A stretch of 26,232 nt of DNA from a virus (taxonomy: Duplodnaviria > Caudoviricetes): positions 1-26,232 of the IMG/VR virus record IMGVR_UViG_3300008255_000426. The stretch is one strand, 5' to 3'. Positions 1 to 7,633 of the stretch are shown piece after piece. How positions within the stretch are numbered: position 1 is the stretch's first letter; each line of letters begins with the position of its first letter. A model generated the notes under the pieces. The model saw only the letters and a program-made list of their open reading frames with translations, was not told the origin of the DNA and did no database searches. A program made the translations under genes and the position numbers.

Positions 1-250
1 CCCGCCAGGGCAGCGGTCGCCGTGAGGTCGCCCGCGGTGGCGCTCGACCCCGCGCCCGCGCCAGCGAGGACGTTCGTGGTGCCCAGCACCCCAGCGGCGG
101 TCGCCGCGCCCGCGGCGCTGCCCGCCAGGGCCGCCGAGGCCGACAGGCTGCCCGCCGCCGCGCCCGCGCCGGTCGCGGCGCCCGCCAGGGCCGCGGGCGA
201 CGCCAGCGCGCCCGCGCCGGTACCCGCGCCCACCGCGCCAGCCGGGCCGA
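1..250 (-). repeat. Degenerate 60-nt (20-aa) coding tandem repeat
   Basis: cccgccaggg recurs at 1, 121 and 181, with the variant ccagcgagga at 61. Units: ALAGAATGAGAAAGSLSASA / ALAGSAAGAATAAGVLGTTN / VLAGAGAGSSATAGDLTATA. Confidence 0.75.
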
Positions 251-809
251 GGTCGACGCCGCTGGCGGCCGCCACCGTGACCATCGGCGTCGAGACGTAG
301 TTGTCCAGCAGCACGCCGCCCACCAGCACCCTGAAGGTGACGGGCACCTCGCCGCCGAGGTTGACAATCGACCAGTCGATGACCAGCGTCCAGGCCACGT
401 CGCCGATATCGCCGGTGCCGTACGTGAGGCTCAGGCCGACCGGCTGGTCGGTGGCGAGGCCGTCGATGGTGCCGCCGGTCTCGGGCGGAATGGCGGGGCT
501 GCCGACCGTCCCGACGATGGCGTCCGCGGTGCCTGGCGTGCCGGTGACGAACCGGACGGAGCCGGTGGAGGTCACGTCGACGTAGCCGCCGCCGCCGATC
601 TGCCGCTGGAGCGTGAAGGTCGGGCTGGCGCCGGCGCCGCTGTTCTTGACGGCGAACCGCAGGACGAACTTCTCTAGGTCCGCGGTCTGGAACGCCGCGC
701 CGGCGCCAGCGAGCGGCGTGCCGAAGGTGTAGACGCCGCCGCTGCTCACGCCGTCGTCGGCGTACCCCCGGAAGGTCTGCTGCTCCCATGCGGCGACGGT
801 ATGGCCCAC
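1..809 (-). CDS. Partial (runs off left edge) Gly/Ala/Thr-rich putative virion structural protein with 20-aa repeats
   Basis: Not in the ORF track because it is truncated. Manual translation from GTG at 809 gives MGHTVAAWEQQTFRGYADDG...FVLRFAVKNSG..., open to the window edge with high-GC third positions. A beta-rich N-domain is followed by ALAGxAxGxxxAAGxL repeats. Confidence 0.7.
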   Translation of the reverse strand, partial: MGHTVAAWEQQTFRGYADDGVSSGGVYTFGTPLAGAGAAFQTADLEKFVLRFAVKNSGAGASPTFTLQRQIGGGGYVDVTSTGSVRFVTGTPGTADAIVGTVGSPAIPPETGGTIDGLATDQPVGLSLTYGTGDIGDVAWTLVIDWSIVNLGGEVPVTFRVLVGGVLLDNYVSTPMVTVAAASGVDLGPAGAVGAGTGAGALASPAALAGAATGAGAAAGSLSASAALAGSAAGAATAAGVLGTTNVLAGAGAGSSATAGDLTATAALA

Positions 810-812
810 GGT

Positions 813-1196
813 CTAGACCTGCCGCTCGCCGGGGCGCCGCTCGCCGGGCCGGTAGGCGCTGCGCGGCGCGAAGTCAGGGTCGGCGTTCGCCAGCGCGAAC
901 AGGCGCCCGTAATCCTCGCTGCTCACGGTGCGCCCTGCCTTCACGGCGGCCACGCGGTCGAGGCGGTCGGCGGTCAACTGGTCGAGGATGCCGAAGCCGT
1001 CGTGGCCCCACCAGTCGCGCGTGTCGCGCCGCCACGCGTACCAGTCCCACCGCGACTGGACGCCGCGGCCGGTGTCCGGGTCGCCCTGCACGATGCAGAC
1101 CACGCCGAGGCCGGGCGCCTCCCACGGGTCGCCCATCGTCGAGTCGAACGTCGACCCGTCGGCGTAGTAGATGCGCCATCGGACCACGCGCTCCAC
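813..1196 (-). CDS. Hypothetical phage protein (Trp-rich, WRIYYADGSTF motif)
   Basis: 127-aa ORF with protein-like composition, packed tightly between its neighbours, GAGGGG upstream. Confidence 0.75.
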   Translation of the reverse strand: MERVVRWRIYYADGSTFDSTMGDPWEAPGLGVVCIVQGDPDTGRGVQSRWDWYAWRRDTRDWWGHDGFGILDQLTADRLDRVAAVKAGRTVSSEDYGRLFALANADPDFAPRSAYRPGERRPGERQV

Positions 1197-1204
1197 CCCC
1201 TCGA

Positions 1205-1384
1205 TCAGTAGGGCACGGGTTCGACGGGCGGCGGCGGGCAGACCCCAGGGTCCTCGTACGCGCCACCTTCCAGGCAGGCGGGGATGGGGTCGAACGGCCG
1301 AGCCGGTGGCTTCGGCGCAGGCCGCGCGGCGAACGCCACGCTGACAGCCAGCACCAGAAGGGTCAGGACCAGAACTCGTTTCAT
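1205..1384 (-). CDS. Small secreted Pro-rich peptide with two Cys (59 aa)
   Basis: SD GAAGGAGG precedes ATG at 1384. Sec-type signal MKRVLVLTLLVLAVSVAFA-A. Confidence 0.7.
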   Translation of the reverse strand: MKRVLVLTLLVLAVSVAFAARPAPKPPARPFDPIPACLEGGAYEDPGVCPPPPVEPVPY

Positions 1385-1403
1385 GCTGCCTCCTTCAGGC
1401 ATC

Positions 1404-1682
1404 TCAGGCGGGCGGCCCGCCAGCCCGCGCGCGTTCCGCCTCGGCGCGGGCCTTCGCCGCCGCGCGTCGCTCGGGCGTGCGCGCCGCCTCGATCACCGCG
1501 ACGCTCGCCGCGTCCAGGCCCGCCAGGCCGGGCGCGTCGTCGTCGGCGGCGACTACGCGCCGGTGGTACGACGACGCGATCACCACCCCGTCGCGCAGCA
1601 CCTCCACGGCCTCGCGCACCTGGACGGTGCCGTCGCGCAGCACCTCCAACTGGTCCACGACCGTGCGCTCGGTGAGGCTCAC
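1404..1682 (-). CDS. Conserved small phage protein, probable tail-fibre-associated or assembly protein
   Basis: GTG start overlaps the upstream TGA (GTGA). SLTERTVVDQLEVLRDGTVQVRE...RDGVVIASSYHRRVV resembles, from memory, a family found beside YxxGTWTP-type tail fibres. Confidence 0.65.
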   Translation of the reverse strand: MSLTERTVVDQLEVLRDGTVQVREAVEVLRDGVVIASSYHRRVVAADDDAPGLAGLDAASVAVIEAARTPERRAAAKARAEAERARAGGPPA

Positions 1683-1885
1683 GGGGTCCACGGCAGCGTG
1701 ATGCGCGGCGGCCCACGCCGCGACGCGGCCGCCGCGTCGTAGTGGATGGTGGGGTGGCCGATCTCGCCCTCCCACGTGAAGGTGGCGCCAGGCGCCGGTG
1801 CGGGCGCCGCGGCGGGCGCGCACGCGCCCAGCACCACGCCGGTCAGAAGCACGATCAGAAGCGAACGGAGAACCCTACGCGCCAC
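1679..1885 (-). CDS. Small lipoprotein (o-spanin-like candidate)
   Basis: Basic N-terminus, hydrophobic core, lipobox LGAC and Pro/Ala linker. Overlaps the 3' end of the upstream gene and lies downstream of endolysin and holin. Confidence 0.6.
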   Translation of the reverse strand: MARRVLRSLLIVLLTGVVLGACAPAAAPAPAPGATFTWEGEIGHPTIHYDAAAASRRGPPRITLPWTP

Positions 1886-2199
1886 GGTTCAGACCTCCCA
1901 ACAGAACGAAGCGGCCCGTACGCGGGCAGGGCGAACTCGCCCCACACGCCCCACGTGGCCGCGTACCAGCCGACCAGGGCGTACGGTGCCACCCCGGCCC
2001 GCACGCCCCACACCGCGCGGGCGTCGACGCCCACGCTGACCTCCAGCGCCCCCACCACCACGACCGGCTGCTCGACCATGCACCCGCCCTGCACGCCGCT
2101 CAGGCTGCACGACAGGGTGCGCGTCGGCGGATCAGCGGCGAAGGCGCTCGCGCACAGCGTCCACGCGAGGAGTGCGGCCAGCAGACGGTGGAGGCGCAT
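1855..2199 (-). CDS. Secreted beta-strand-rich protein, possibly outer-membrane
   Basis: Signal peptide MRLHRLLAALLAWTLCASAFA-A, alternating hydrophobic strands, C-terminal WRVGFSVRF ending in Phe. Confidence 0.7.
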   Translation of the reverse strand: MRLHRLLAALLAWTLCASAFAADPPTRTLSCSLSGVQGGCMVEQPVVVVGALEVSVGVDARAVWGVRAGVAPYALVGWYAATWGVWGEFALPAYGPLRSVGRSEPWRVGFSVRF

Positions 2200-2202
2200 C
2201 CG

Positions 2203-2538
2203 TCACGCCCCCGAGGACTTTCCCCAGCGGCCCGCCAGCAGGTCGAACACGTTGACGCCCAGGAACGCGGTCAGGCCCGCGGCGACGCCGTACAGCAGCC
2301 CACCAGGCCACCGCGCCATCTCGGCGAACGGCGCCACCGTGACGGCGTCCAGCGCGCCGCCGACCAGGCCGAGGGCGGCGCCGACCACCACGGTCGCCAG
2401 CGCGACCAGCGGCCGCCCGTCAACCCAGGGCAGCGCCGCGCGCACCCGCCCGACGAGGGCGACCACCGCCGCGACCATGAGGGCGGGCGTGGTGAAGAAC
2501 TCCATGAAGGCGGTCCAGTCGAGTGCGATCGGTTCCAT
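2203..2538 (-). CDS. Holin-like membrane protein
   Basis: 111 aa with about three hydrophobic segments, SD GGAGGT, immediately downstream of the endolysin. Confidence 0.7.
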   Translation of the reverse strand: MEPIALDWTAFMEFFTTPALMVAAVVALVGRVRAALPWVDGRPLVALATVVVGAALGLVGGALDAVTVAPFAEMARWPGGLLYGVAAGLTAFLGVNVFDLLAGRWGKSSGA

Positions 2539-2585
2539 CTGCTACCTCCGAGGGATGCGCCGCATGAGGCGACGCTGAAGCCAAG

Positions 2586-3206
2586 TCAGGGTTCGCGGCG
2601 AACGTCGATCTTCGGCGGCCGCCAGCGCAGCACGAGGGCGCCGTCGAACGTCGGCCTGCGCGACAGCGCGAGCCGCAAGCGGTCGGTGGGGGTGAGGTCG
2701 TGCAGCACCAGCGTCTCCGCGCGGCGATCCTGGTTGACGCGCAGCGCGCCCGCCGTGTCGTCGAGGGCGCCCGCTTCGCGCAGCACCCGCGCGACCCGGC
2801 GCGTCCAACCGCGTCCGTACGTCGTCCACTTGTCCCCCAGGCTCGCCAGGAAGTCGAGGCGGTCGGCGCAGTAGACGGCGGCCGTGCCCGCCCGCGCGAG
2901 GGTGGTCAGCGCCGCCTGAACGCCCGAGTGGACCGCCATGTCGAACGCGGCGATCCGCAGGCCCGCGGGCAACTCGGGCGGGATGGCGGCCCAGTAGTCG
3001 CGGAGGTAGATGGCCTCCGCCTGCGCGCGGGTGAGGTTGGGGATGTCGACGGCGGGGTACGCGCGCGCGCTGATCCCGTACTTCGTGCCGACCAGGGTGC
3101 CGTCGGGGCGGTAGTTGCCCGCGTCGCGGGGGTCGTTCTGGAAGCCGCCCTCCAGGTCGATCAGGAGGTCGAGGGCGATGCGTTGTGCCTGCTGCTCGGT
3201 GAGCAT
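2586..3206 (-). CDS. Endolysin, glycoside hydrolase family 108 with PG_binding_3-like region
   Basis: EGGFQNDPRDAG...GTKYGIS...AIYLRDYW...AFDMAVHSG and YGRGWTRRV motifs. SD GGAGG before ATG at 3206. Confidence 0.92.
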   Translation of the reverse strand: MLTEQQAQRIALDLLIDLEGGFQNDPRDAGNYRPDGTLVGTKYGISARAYPAVDIPNLTRAQAEAIYLRDYWAAIPPELPAGLRIAAFDMAVHSGVQAALTTLARAGTAAVYCADRLDFLASLGDKWTTYGRGWTRRVARVLREAGALDDTAGALRVNQDRRAETLVLHDLTPTDRLRLALSRRPTFDGALVLRWRPPKIDVRREP

Positions 3207-3226
3207 CCGACCTCCATAAGTGATGA

Positions 3227-3255
3227 TGGCCCGTCCCCGCGGGGGGGACGGGCCA
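3227..3255. other. 12-bp GC hairpin just upstream of the endolysin RBS
   Basis: tggcccgtcccc-gcggg-ggggacgggcca is a perfect inverted repeat. Confidence 0.55.
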
Positions 3256-3265
3256 CCGCGACCGA

Positions 3266-3300
3266 ATGGTAGCACGCGGTTGGCCAGCCGTAGAACGCGG
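3266..3300 (-). promoter_or_regulatory. Candidate extended -10 promoter for the lysis cassette
   Basis: TGcTACCAT at 3274-3266, with CCGCGTTCT starting 26 nt upstream of the TG. Confidence 0.35.
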
Positions 3301-3402
3301 CCAAGCCAGCGCCGACCAGGACGCGCCGACAGCGAACACGACGACATGCCGAAGCCACGCGGGGACTTCCTTCATGCGATCACCTCCCCCCGACGAGCGT
3401 CG

Positions 3403-4716
3403 TCACGCGATGTACCCGCCACCGCTGAAGATGATCTGGAAGCCGCTGGTGCCGACGCTCGTGCCCGTCATGCCAGACCAGCCGAGGGCGTCGCCCGACG
3501 CGTAGACGTTCGCCGCCGTGCCGACGCTGTTGGTGTAGAGGCCGAGGATCGGCCGCGACCCGTCGTAGTTCAGCGTCGTGAACATGCCGATGGCGCCCAG
3601 GTGCCGGTTCGCCAGGAGCGTGAACGGCAGGGTGAAGCCGAAGGCGAACGAGATCGGCGAGGTCTGGCTGTTCGTGGCGATCCGCACGTTCAGGTAGACG
3701 TAGTCGCCGACCCGCGTGTAACGCCCATACGTGCTGGAGGTGATGTAGGAGACGCTGGTGAAGCCCGCCAGCACCGGCGTCCAGGTGCCCGTCTCATACG
3801 GGAGGTTGCCCGCGTGCCACATCACGTGCTGCGTGCCGCTGGTATCGCCGGGGCGGAACCGCACGGTGTTGTCGCCGCCTTTGATGATGATGCTCCCGTC
3901 GACGGTGCCCGCGCCGGTGGCGTTGCGGATGAACGTCTCGTCGGCCGAGGCGGACGCCAGCAGTTGCGCCTGGGCGCCCCCGACGCTCGGCCGCACCGTC
4001 AACTGGGCGGTGGCGGCCGAGGTGAGCAGGTAGCCCTGCGCGCTCTGGTCCGCGCGGACGTACCGCCCGGTGTTCGCCGCCACCGCGCCCGCGGGCGGGG
4101 TGGTCGTGCCGCTCAGCGCCTCCAGGTCGAAGTAGGTGCGGACGACCGTGCCGCCGGTGTTCTCCCCGATCTCATAGCCGTCGAGGCGCGTATAGGTCAC
4201 GTTCGCTGCGGCGTAGAGGTCGATGTACGTCGTCGGGGTGTTGCGGGTGATCACGTAGACGAAGTCGGCCTCCATCTTCGTGTCGCCGAGGTGGTCGACC
4301 GCCATCTCCACGACCGGGTCGCTGCCGAAGGCGGCCTGCTGTTTCGCGCGGAACCGCACGATGGCCTGCCGCGCGATCCCCATGCTGCCGCCCGTCTCCA
4401 GCGCCAGCCACGTCGCGCTCACGTCCGAGTATTGGTCGACGATCTCGTACCGCGCGATGCGTCCCCATTGGCCCGCCGCCGAGGCGCTGGTCGTCTGCGT
4501 CCGCCAGGCGCGGCCGGTCGTGCCGATCATCGCCTCGACCGCGTCGAGGTCGTCCTGGTCCGCCTTCAGCGCCAGCGCGGCGTCCACCGCCGACTGGTCC
4601 GCCTTCGTGGTGTCCAGGTCCGTCAGGCTCGCGTTCACCTTGGCGAAGGCGTCGCGCTTGTCGTCGCCGCCGACGCCGGTCGGATCGGTGCCGAGGTTCA
4701 CGAGGGTGATGCTCAC
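3403..4716 (-). CDS. Tail fibre / receptor-binding protein
   Basis: GTG at 4716 overlaps the upstream TGA. N-terminal NLGTDPTGVGGDDKRDAFAKVN resembles a fibre/baseplate attachment motif. C-terminal WHAGNLPYETGTWTP...YGRYTRVGDYVY...FTLPF is a typical fibre-tip pattern. Confidence 0.8.
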   Translation of the reverse strand: MSITLVNLGTDPTGVGGDDKRDAFAKVNASLTDLDTTKADQSAVDAALALKADQDDLDAVEAMIGTTGRAWRTQTTSASAAGQWGRIARYEIVDQYSDVSATWLALETGGSMGIARQAIVRFRAKQQAAFGSDPVVEMAVDHLGDTKMEADFVYVITRNTPTTYIDLYAAANVTYTRLDGYEIGENTGGTVVRTYFDLEALSGTTTPPAGAVAANTGRYVRADQSAQGYLLTSAATAQLTVRPSVGGAQAQLLASASADETFIRNATGAGTVDGSIIIKGGDNTVRFRPGDTSGTQHVMWHAGNLPYETGTWTPVLAGFTSVSYITSSTYGRYTRVGDYVYLNVRIATNSQTSPISFAFGFTLPFTLLANRHLGAIGMFTTLNYDGSRPILGLYTNSVGTAANVYASGDALGWSGMTGTSVGTSGFQIIFSGGGYIA

Positions 4717-5189
4717 AGGACCACCTCCGCGCCGAGGCCGTTCGTCCAGGTGCTGCCGAGGGCGTCGAAGGCTAGGGTCACGCGATCTCCAATCTCGGTC
4801 GGCGTCCGCGCGTGCCAGGCGAGGCCTCGCACGCCGCGGGTGTACTCGCCCCACCGCAGGCTGGTCGCGTCGGCGGCCATCGCCAGCAGCGCGTCGAGGG
4901 TCGGTGCGCCCACGTCGCTGCCGATGTGGAACGCGTCGACGATCACCTGCGCCGCCGACCGCATCCCGTCACCGTCGACGTACCAGTCGGTCGAGTAGGG
5001 CGCGCGGCGGACCTGTCGCGCGTACGTGACCGTCTCCGCGCGCGGCCGCCAGCGCGTGAGGCTGATCGACTCGCCCGTGTCGAGGGTGCGGTCGCCCGCC
5101 AGGCTGGAGCGGTCGCCCGCCAGGTCCGCGCGGCTGCCCGCCAGGTCCGGGGTGGCGCGCTCGATCACGAGGGGGTCCACGTCAGCCAC
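4713..5189 (-). CDS. Minor tail protein, paralog of 5496-5903
   Basis: Shares RAPYSTDWYxxGDG with the 135-aa ORF and lies in the tail module. Confidence 0.65.
   Translation of the reverse strand: MADVDPLVIERATPDLAGSRADLAGDRSSLAGDRTLDTGESISLTRWRPRAETVTYARQVRRAPYSTDWYVDGDGMRSAAQVIVDAFHIGSDVGAPTLDALLAMAADATSLRWGEYTRGVRGLAWHARTPTEIGDRVTLAFDALGSTWTNGLGAEVVL
5088..5150. repeat. 3 x 21-nt tandem repeat (DLAGSRA/DLAGDRS/SLAGDRT)
   Basis: gcggtcgcccgccaggctgga / gcggtcgcccgccaggtccgc / gcggctgcccgccaggtccgg. Confidence 0.8.
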
Positions 5190-5499
5190 CGGCGCGCCCC
5201 TCGATCACGTCGGCCGCCCACGTCAGCATGACCGGGTCGCGCTCGGCCGCGTGCGCCTCGACCTCCAGCGGGTTCAGGTGGTACCGGAACCCCACGCGCG
5301 CCCACCCGAGGAGGTACGCGCCCAGGAACCGCCAGCCGAGCCGTTCGCGCTGGAGGACGTGCGCGAGTTCGTGCGCCAGGCCCCGCACGGTGACGGGGTA
5401 CCGCTCGACCCAGTAGATCGTCCGCCCGCTGACGCGCGCCATGACCCAGGACGGCCACAGGCGCGCGACGCGCTCGACCACGACCGGGACCCGCGTCAC
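5182..5499 (-). CDS. Small HExxH zinc metallopeptidase-like protein (DUF4157-like)
   Basis: GTG at 5499 overlaps the upstream TGA. LAHELAHVLQ plus downstream YHLNPLEVEA (candidate third ligand Glu). Confidence 0.72.
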   Translation of the reverse strand: MTRVPVVVERVARLWPSWVMARVSGRTIYWVERYPVTVRGLAHELAHVLQRERLGWRFLGAYLLGWARVGFRYHLNPLEVEAHAAERDPVMLTWAADVIEGRAGG

Positions 5500-5903
5500 A
5501 GCCAGTACGGCGTGCCGCCGCTGGTGCGCCAGGTCGGCGCGGTCGTGGCGAAGGCGAGGCGGACGTTGTAGCCCATGACCGCGTCGGCCTTCGTGAAACT
5601 GGCAAGGCCGTCGACATCCCGGTAGTAGGCCGTGCCGCCGATGGTGACGCGCAGGTCCGTCGCCGTCTCGGCCACGAACATGAGGCTGGTCAGGTCGCTG
5701 ATGCTGTCCGCCAGGCTTGCGCCGATGATGCGCGCCTCGATCACCAGCGGCGTCGGCGACCAGCCGCCGTCGCCGACGGCGTACCAGTCGGTCGAGTAGG
5801 GCGCCCGCTGGACGGTGCGGTCGACCTGCATGGTGTTGCTGGCGAAGTTCCAACGGTCGACGACGTAGAACGTGCCGCCCGAATAGACGCTCAGGCTGCT
5901 CAT
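5496..5903 (-). CDS. Minor tail protein (distal-tail-like), paralog of 4713-5189
   Basis: ATGA overlap with the upstream gene, beta-rich sequence, shared RAPYSTDWY motif. Confidence 0.65.
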   Translation of the reverse strand: MSSLSVYSGGTFYVVDRWNFASNTMQVDRTVQRAPYSTDWYAVGDGGWSPTPLVIEARIIGASLADSISDLTSLMFVAETATDLRVTIGGTAYYRDVDGLASFTKADAVMGYNVRLAFATTAPTWRTSGGTPYWL

Positions 5904-7633
5904 CGGTTCGCTCCCCCTTCAGCGACAGCCCGGCGCGCCAGGCGCTCCAGGATCACGCGCTCGGCCTCCAGGCTGGCGTCCCACGCCTGGCCGACGTGGA
6001 AGATGCTCACGACGCCCTCCTTTCGGGTGACGCGGTACTCGGTGCGTTCGATGGGGAGGGTCATGGCGCCCCCGCTGCGCGGCGTGAGGGTCAGCGTCTG
6101 CGTCGCGCTGCGGATGCCGTAGATCGTCACGGCGGCCGCTTCGGGCGCTGGCGCGCGTTCGTACGCGCTGGCGATCCGCTCGCTGGCGGTGCCGAGCGCC
6201 ACCGCCCCCGAGCCGGTGTCGACCGTGTCGCTGTCGGGCACGTAGAACGACACGTCGTAGATGCGCGCGGCGTTGCTCCCGGTGCCGGTGACGGTCACGT
6301 CGAGGTAGGCGGCGTCGTGGGGGTAGGTGCCCGTCTCCTCGTGGAAGGGCGCGGCGACGACGAACATCTCGACATCCTGGCCGGTGCCTTCGGCGGGCAC
6401 GCGGTACCAGGCGGCGGTGTAGTCGGTGCCGAGCGCCTGCGTCCGCCCGATGTAGGCATACACTTGGTTGCTGAAGTCATCGGTGAGGTCCTGGACGCGC
6501 AACTTCACGCGCCAGATGCCCGTGAACTTTGTCACGACGTTCCCCATGCCGCCGACCGTGAAGCGCAGCGTGCCGTACCCGGTCGTCGACGCGTACGTCG
6601 TGTCGCTGGCGTCGGTGGCGGACTGGATGCCCGACCACGTGCCGCCGAGGGCGGGGATCGAGACGACCAGAGGCGCCTCCGCCATGAAGTCTAGCGGGTT
6701 GTCCAGTTGCACCACCCGCTCGGTGCGCACGGACCGGCTGCTGCTCGCGCCGCTGCCGAGCAGCCGCGCGACCGGCGCCGCAGGCTGCACGCTGGGGTCC
6801 ACCGCGACCACGCCGCCGCCGACGGCTACCTTCACCGCGCGCAGGTTCCGCAGGTCCAGCCCGCCCGCGTACACCAGCCACGCCGCGTCGGCTTTCTCCT
6901 CGGCGCTCAGCGGCGTCCACTCGACCAGCGTGCCGTCGGCGATCTCGCTCGCCGTCGCCGCCGTCGCCTTCGGCCGCCTGAAGAACACCTCCCCGCTCGC
7001 GTTCACGCCCCACACCGTCGCGGGGACGGTCTGCCCCGCGGTGTAGGTCGTGCCGTCGTAGGTGTACGTGCTGCCGGTGGGGACCACGAACGCCGGGACC
7101 ATCGCCGCGTACGCGTCGAGGTAGTCGCCGACCGTCTCCAGACCGGGGTAGCGGATGCCCGCCACGAACTCCTGCAGCGGGGTGTTCGCCGTGCTGAACG
7201 TGACGCCCGCGGGCATCGTCAGGTAGTTCAGCATGATCCGCACGATGGTGCCAACGTCGCCGCCAGCGGTGTCGTACAGGGGCACGGAACTCTCGTAGAA
7301 CCGGCGGCGCAGGCCGACCGCGCGGTACGTCTGCGCGCCAGGCGCGCGCGGGTTGCCCGCCTGAGTGATCATGCCCTTCCAGCGGTCGACGGCCGCGCCG
7401 CCCACGGTGCCGAGTTGCAAGAGGATGATGTCGCGCGGCGCGATGTCGACGAGGCTCGGGACCGCCGTGAACGTCGCGTCGATGCAACCGCCCGCCGCGT
7501 CGACGCTGAACGAGTCGAGGGAGACGATCCCCGGCGTGCCCGTCAGCGGCGGGATGTCCGAGCGGTGCATCCCCTTGTACGTGCCGTCGCTCGCCCAGAC
7601 GGTCATGCTCCAGAAGTAGTCGAACGCCATCAC
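5900..7633 (-). CDS. Minor tail / tail-tip hub protein
   Basis: 577 aa directly after the tape measure (GTGA overlap), beta-rich. GGCIDATF and VWGVNASGEVFFRR resemble hub-type tail proteins. Confidence 0.7.
   Translation of the reverse strand: MMAFDYFWSMTVWASDGTYKGMHRSDIPPLTGTPGIVSLDSFSVDAAGGCIDATFTAVPSLVDIAPRDIILLQLGTVGGAAVDRWKGMITQAGNPRAPGAQTYRAVGLRRRFYESSVPLYDTAGGDVGTIVRIMLNYLTMPAGVTFSTANTPLQEFVAGIRYPGLETVGDYLDAYAAMVPAFVVPTGSTYTYDGTTYTAGQTVPATVWGVNASGEVFFRRPKATAATASEIADGTLVEWTPLSAEEKADAAWLVYAGGLDLRNLRAVKVAVGGGVVAVDPSVQPAAPVARLLGSGASSSRSVRTERVVQLDNPLDFMAEAPLVVSIPALGGTWSGIQSATDASDTTYASTTGYGTLRFTVGGMGNVVTKFTGIWRVKLRVQDLTDDFSNQVYAYIGRTQALGTDYTAAWYRVPAEGTGQDVEMFVVAAPFHEETGTYPHDAAYLDVTVTGTGSNAARIYDVSFYVPDSDTVDTGSGAVALGTASERIASAYERAPAPEAAAVTIYGIRSATQTLTLTPRSGGAMTLPIERTEYRVTRKEGVVSIFHVGQAWDASLEAERVILERLARRAVAEGGANR

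Larger units (their letters stand above)
3161..3375 (-). pseudogene. Possible frameshifted small membrane-protein gene (or a 1-nt sequencing error)
   Basis: Strong SD GGAGGTGA then ATG at 3375 gives MKEVPAWLRHVVVFAVGA. The hydrophobic stretch continues as VLVGAGLAAFYGW only in another frame after ~3322. Confidence 0.35.

Noticed and set aside
3232-3241. cgtccccgcg identical to the operator core near the endolysin (similar partial matches near 3358 and 18379)
   Set aside because: It lacks the GTAG/CTAC arms and the -35/-10 context; a 10-mer this GC-rich is plausible by chance in this window.
2542-3375. 277-aa ORF overlapping the endolysin as a genuine overprinted gene
   Set aside because: Beyond the first ~20 codons it is Arg/Pro/Gly-rich off-frame sequence of the GH108 gene.
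4979-5804. 25-bp repeat as a DGR template/variable repeat or invertase site
   Set aside because: It is a short exact direct repeat with no adenine-specific mismatches, and no reverse transcriptase or recombinase is in the window.
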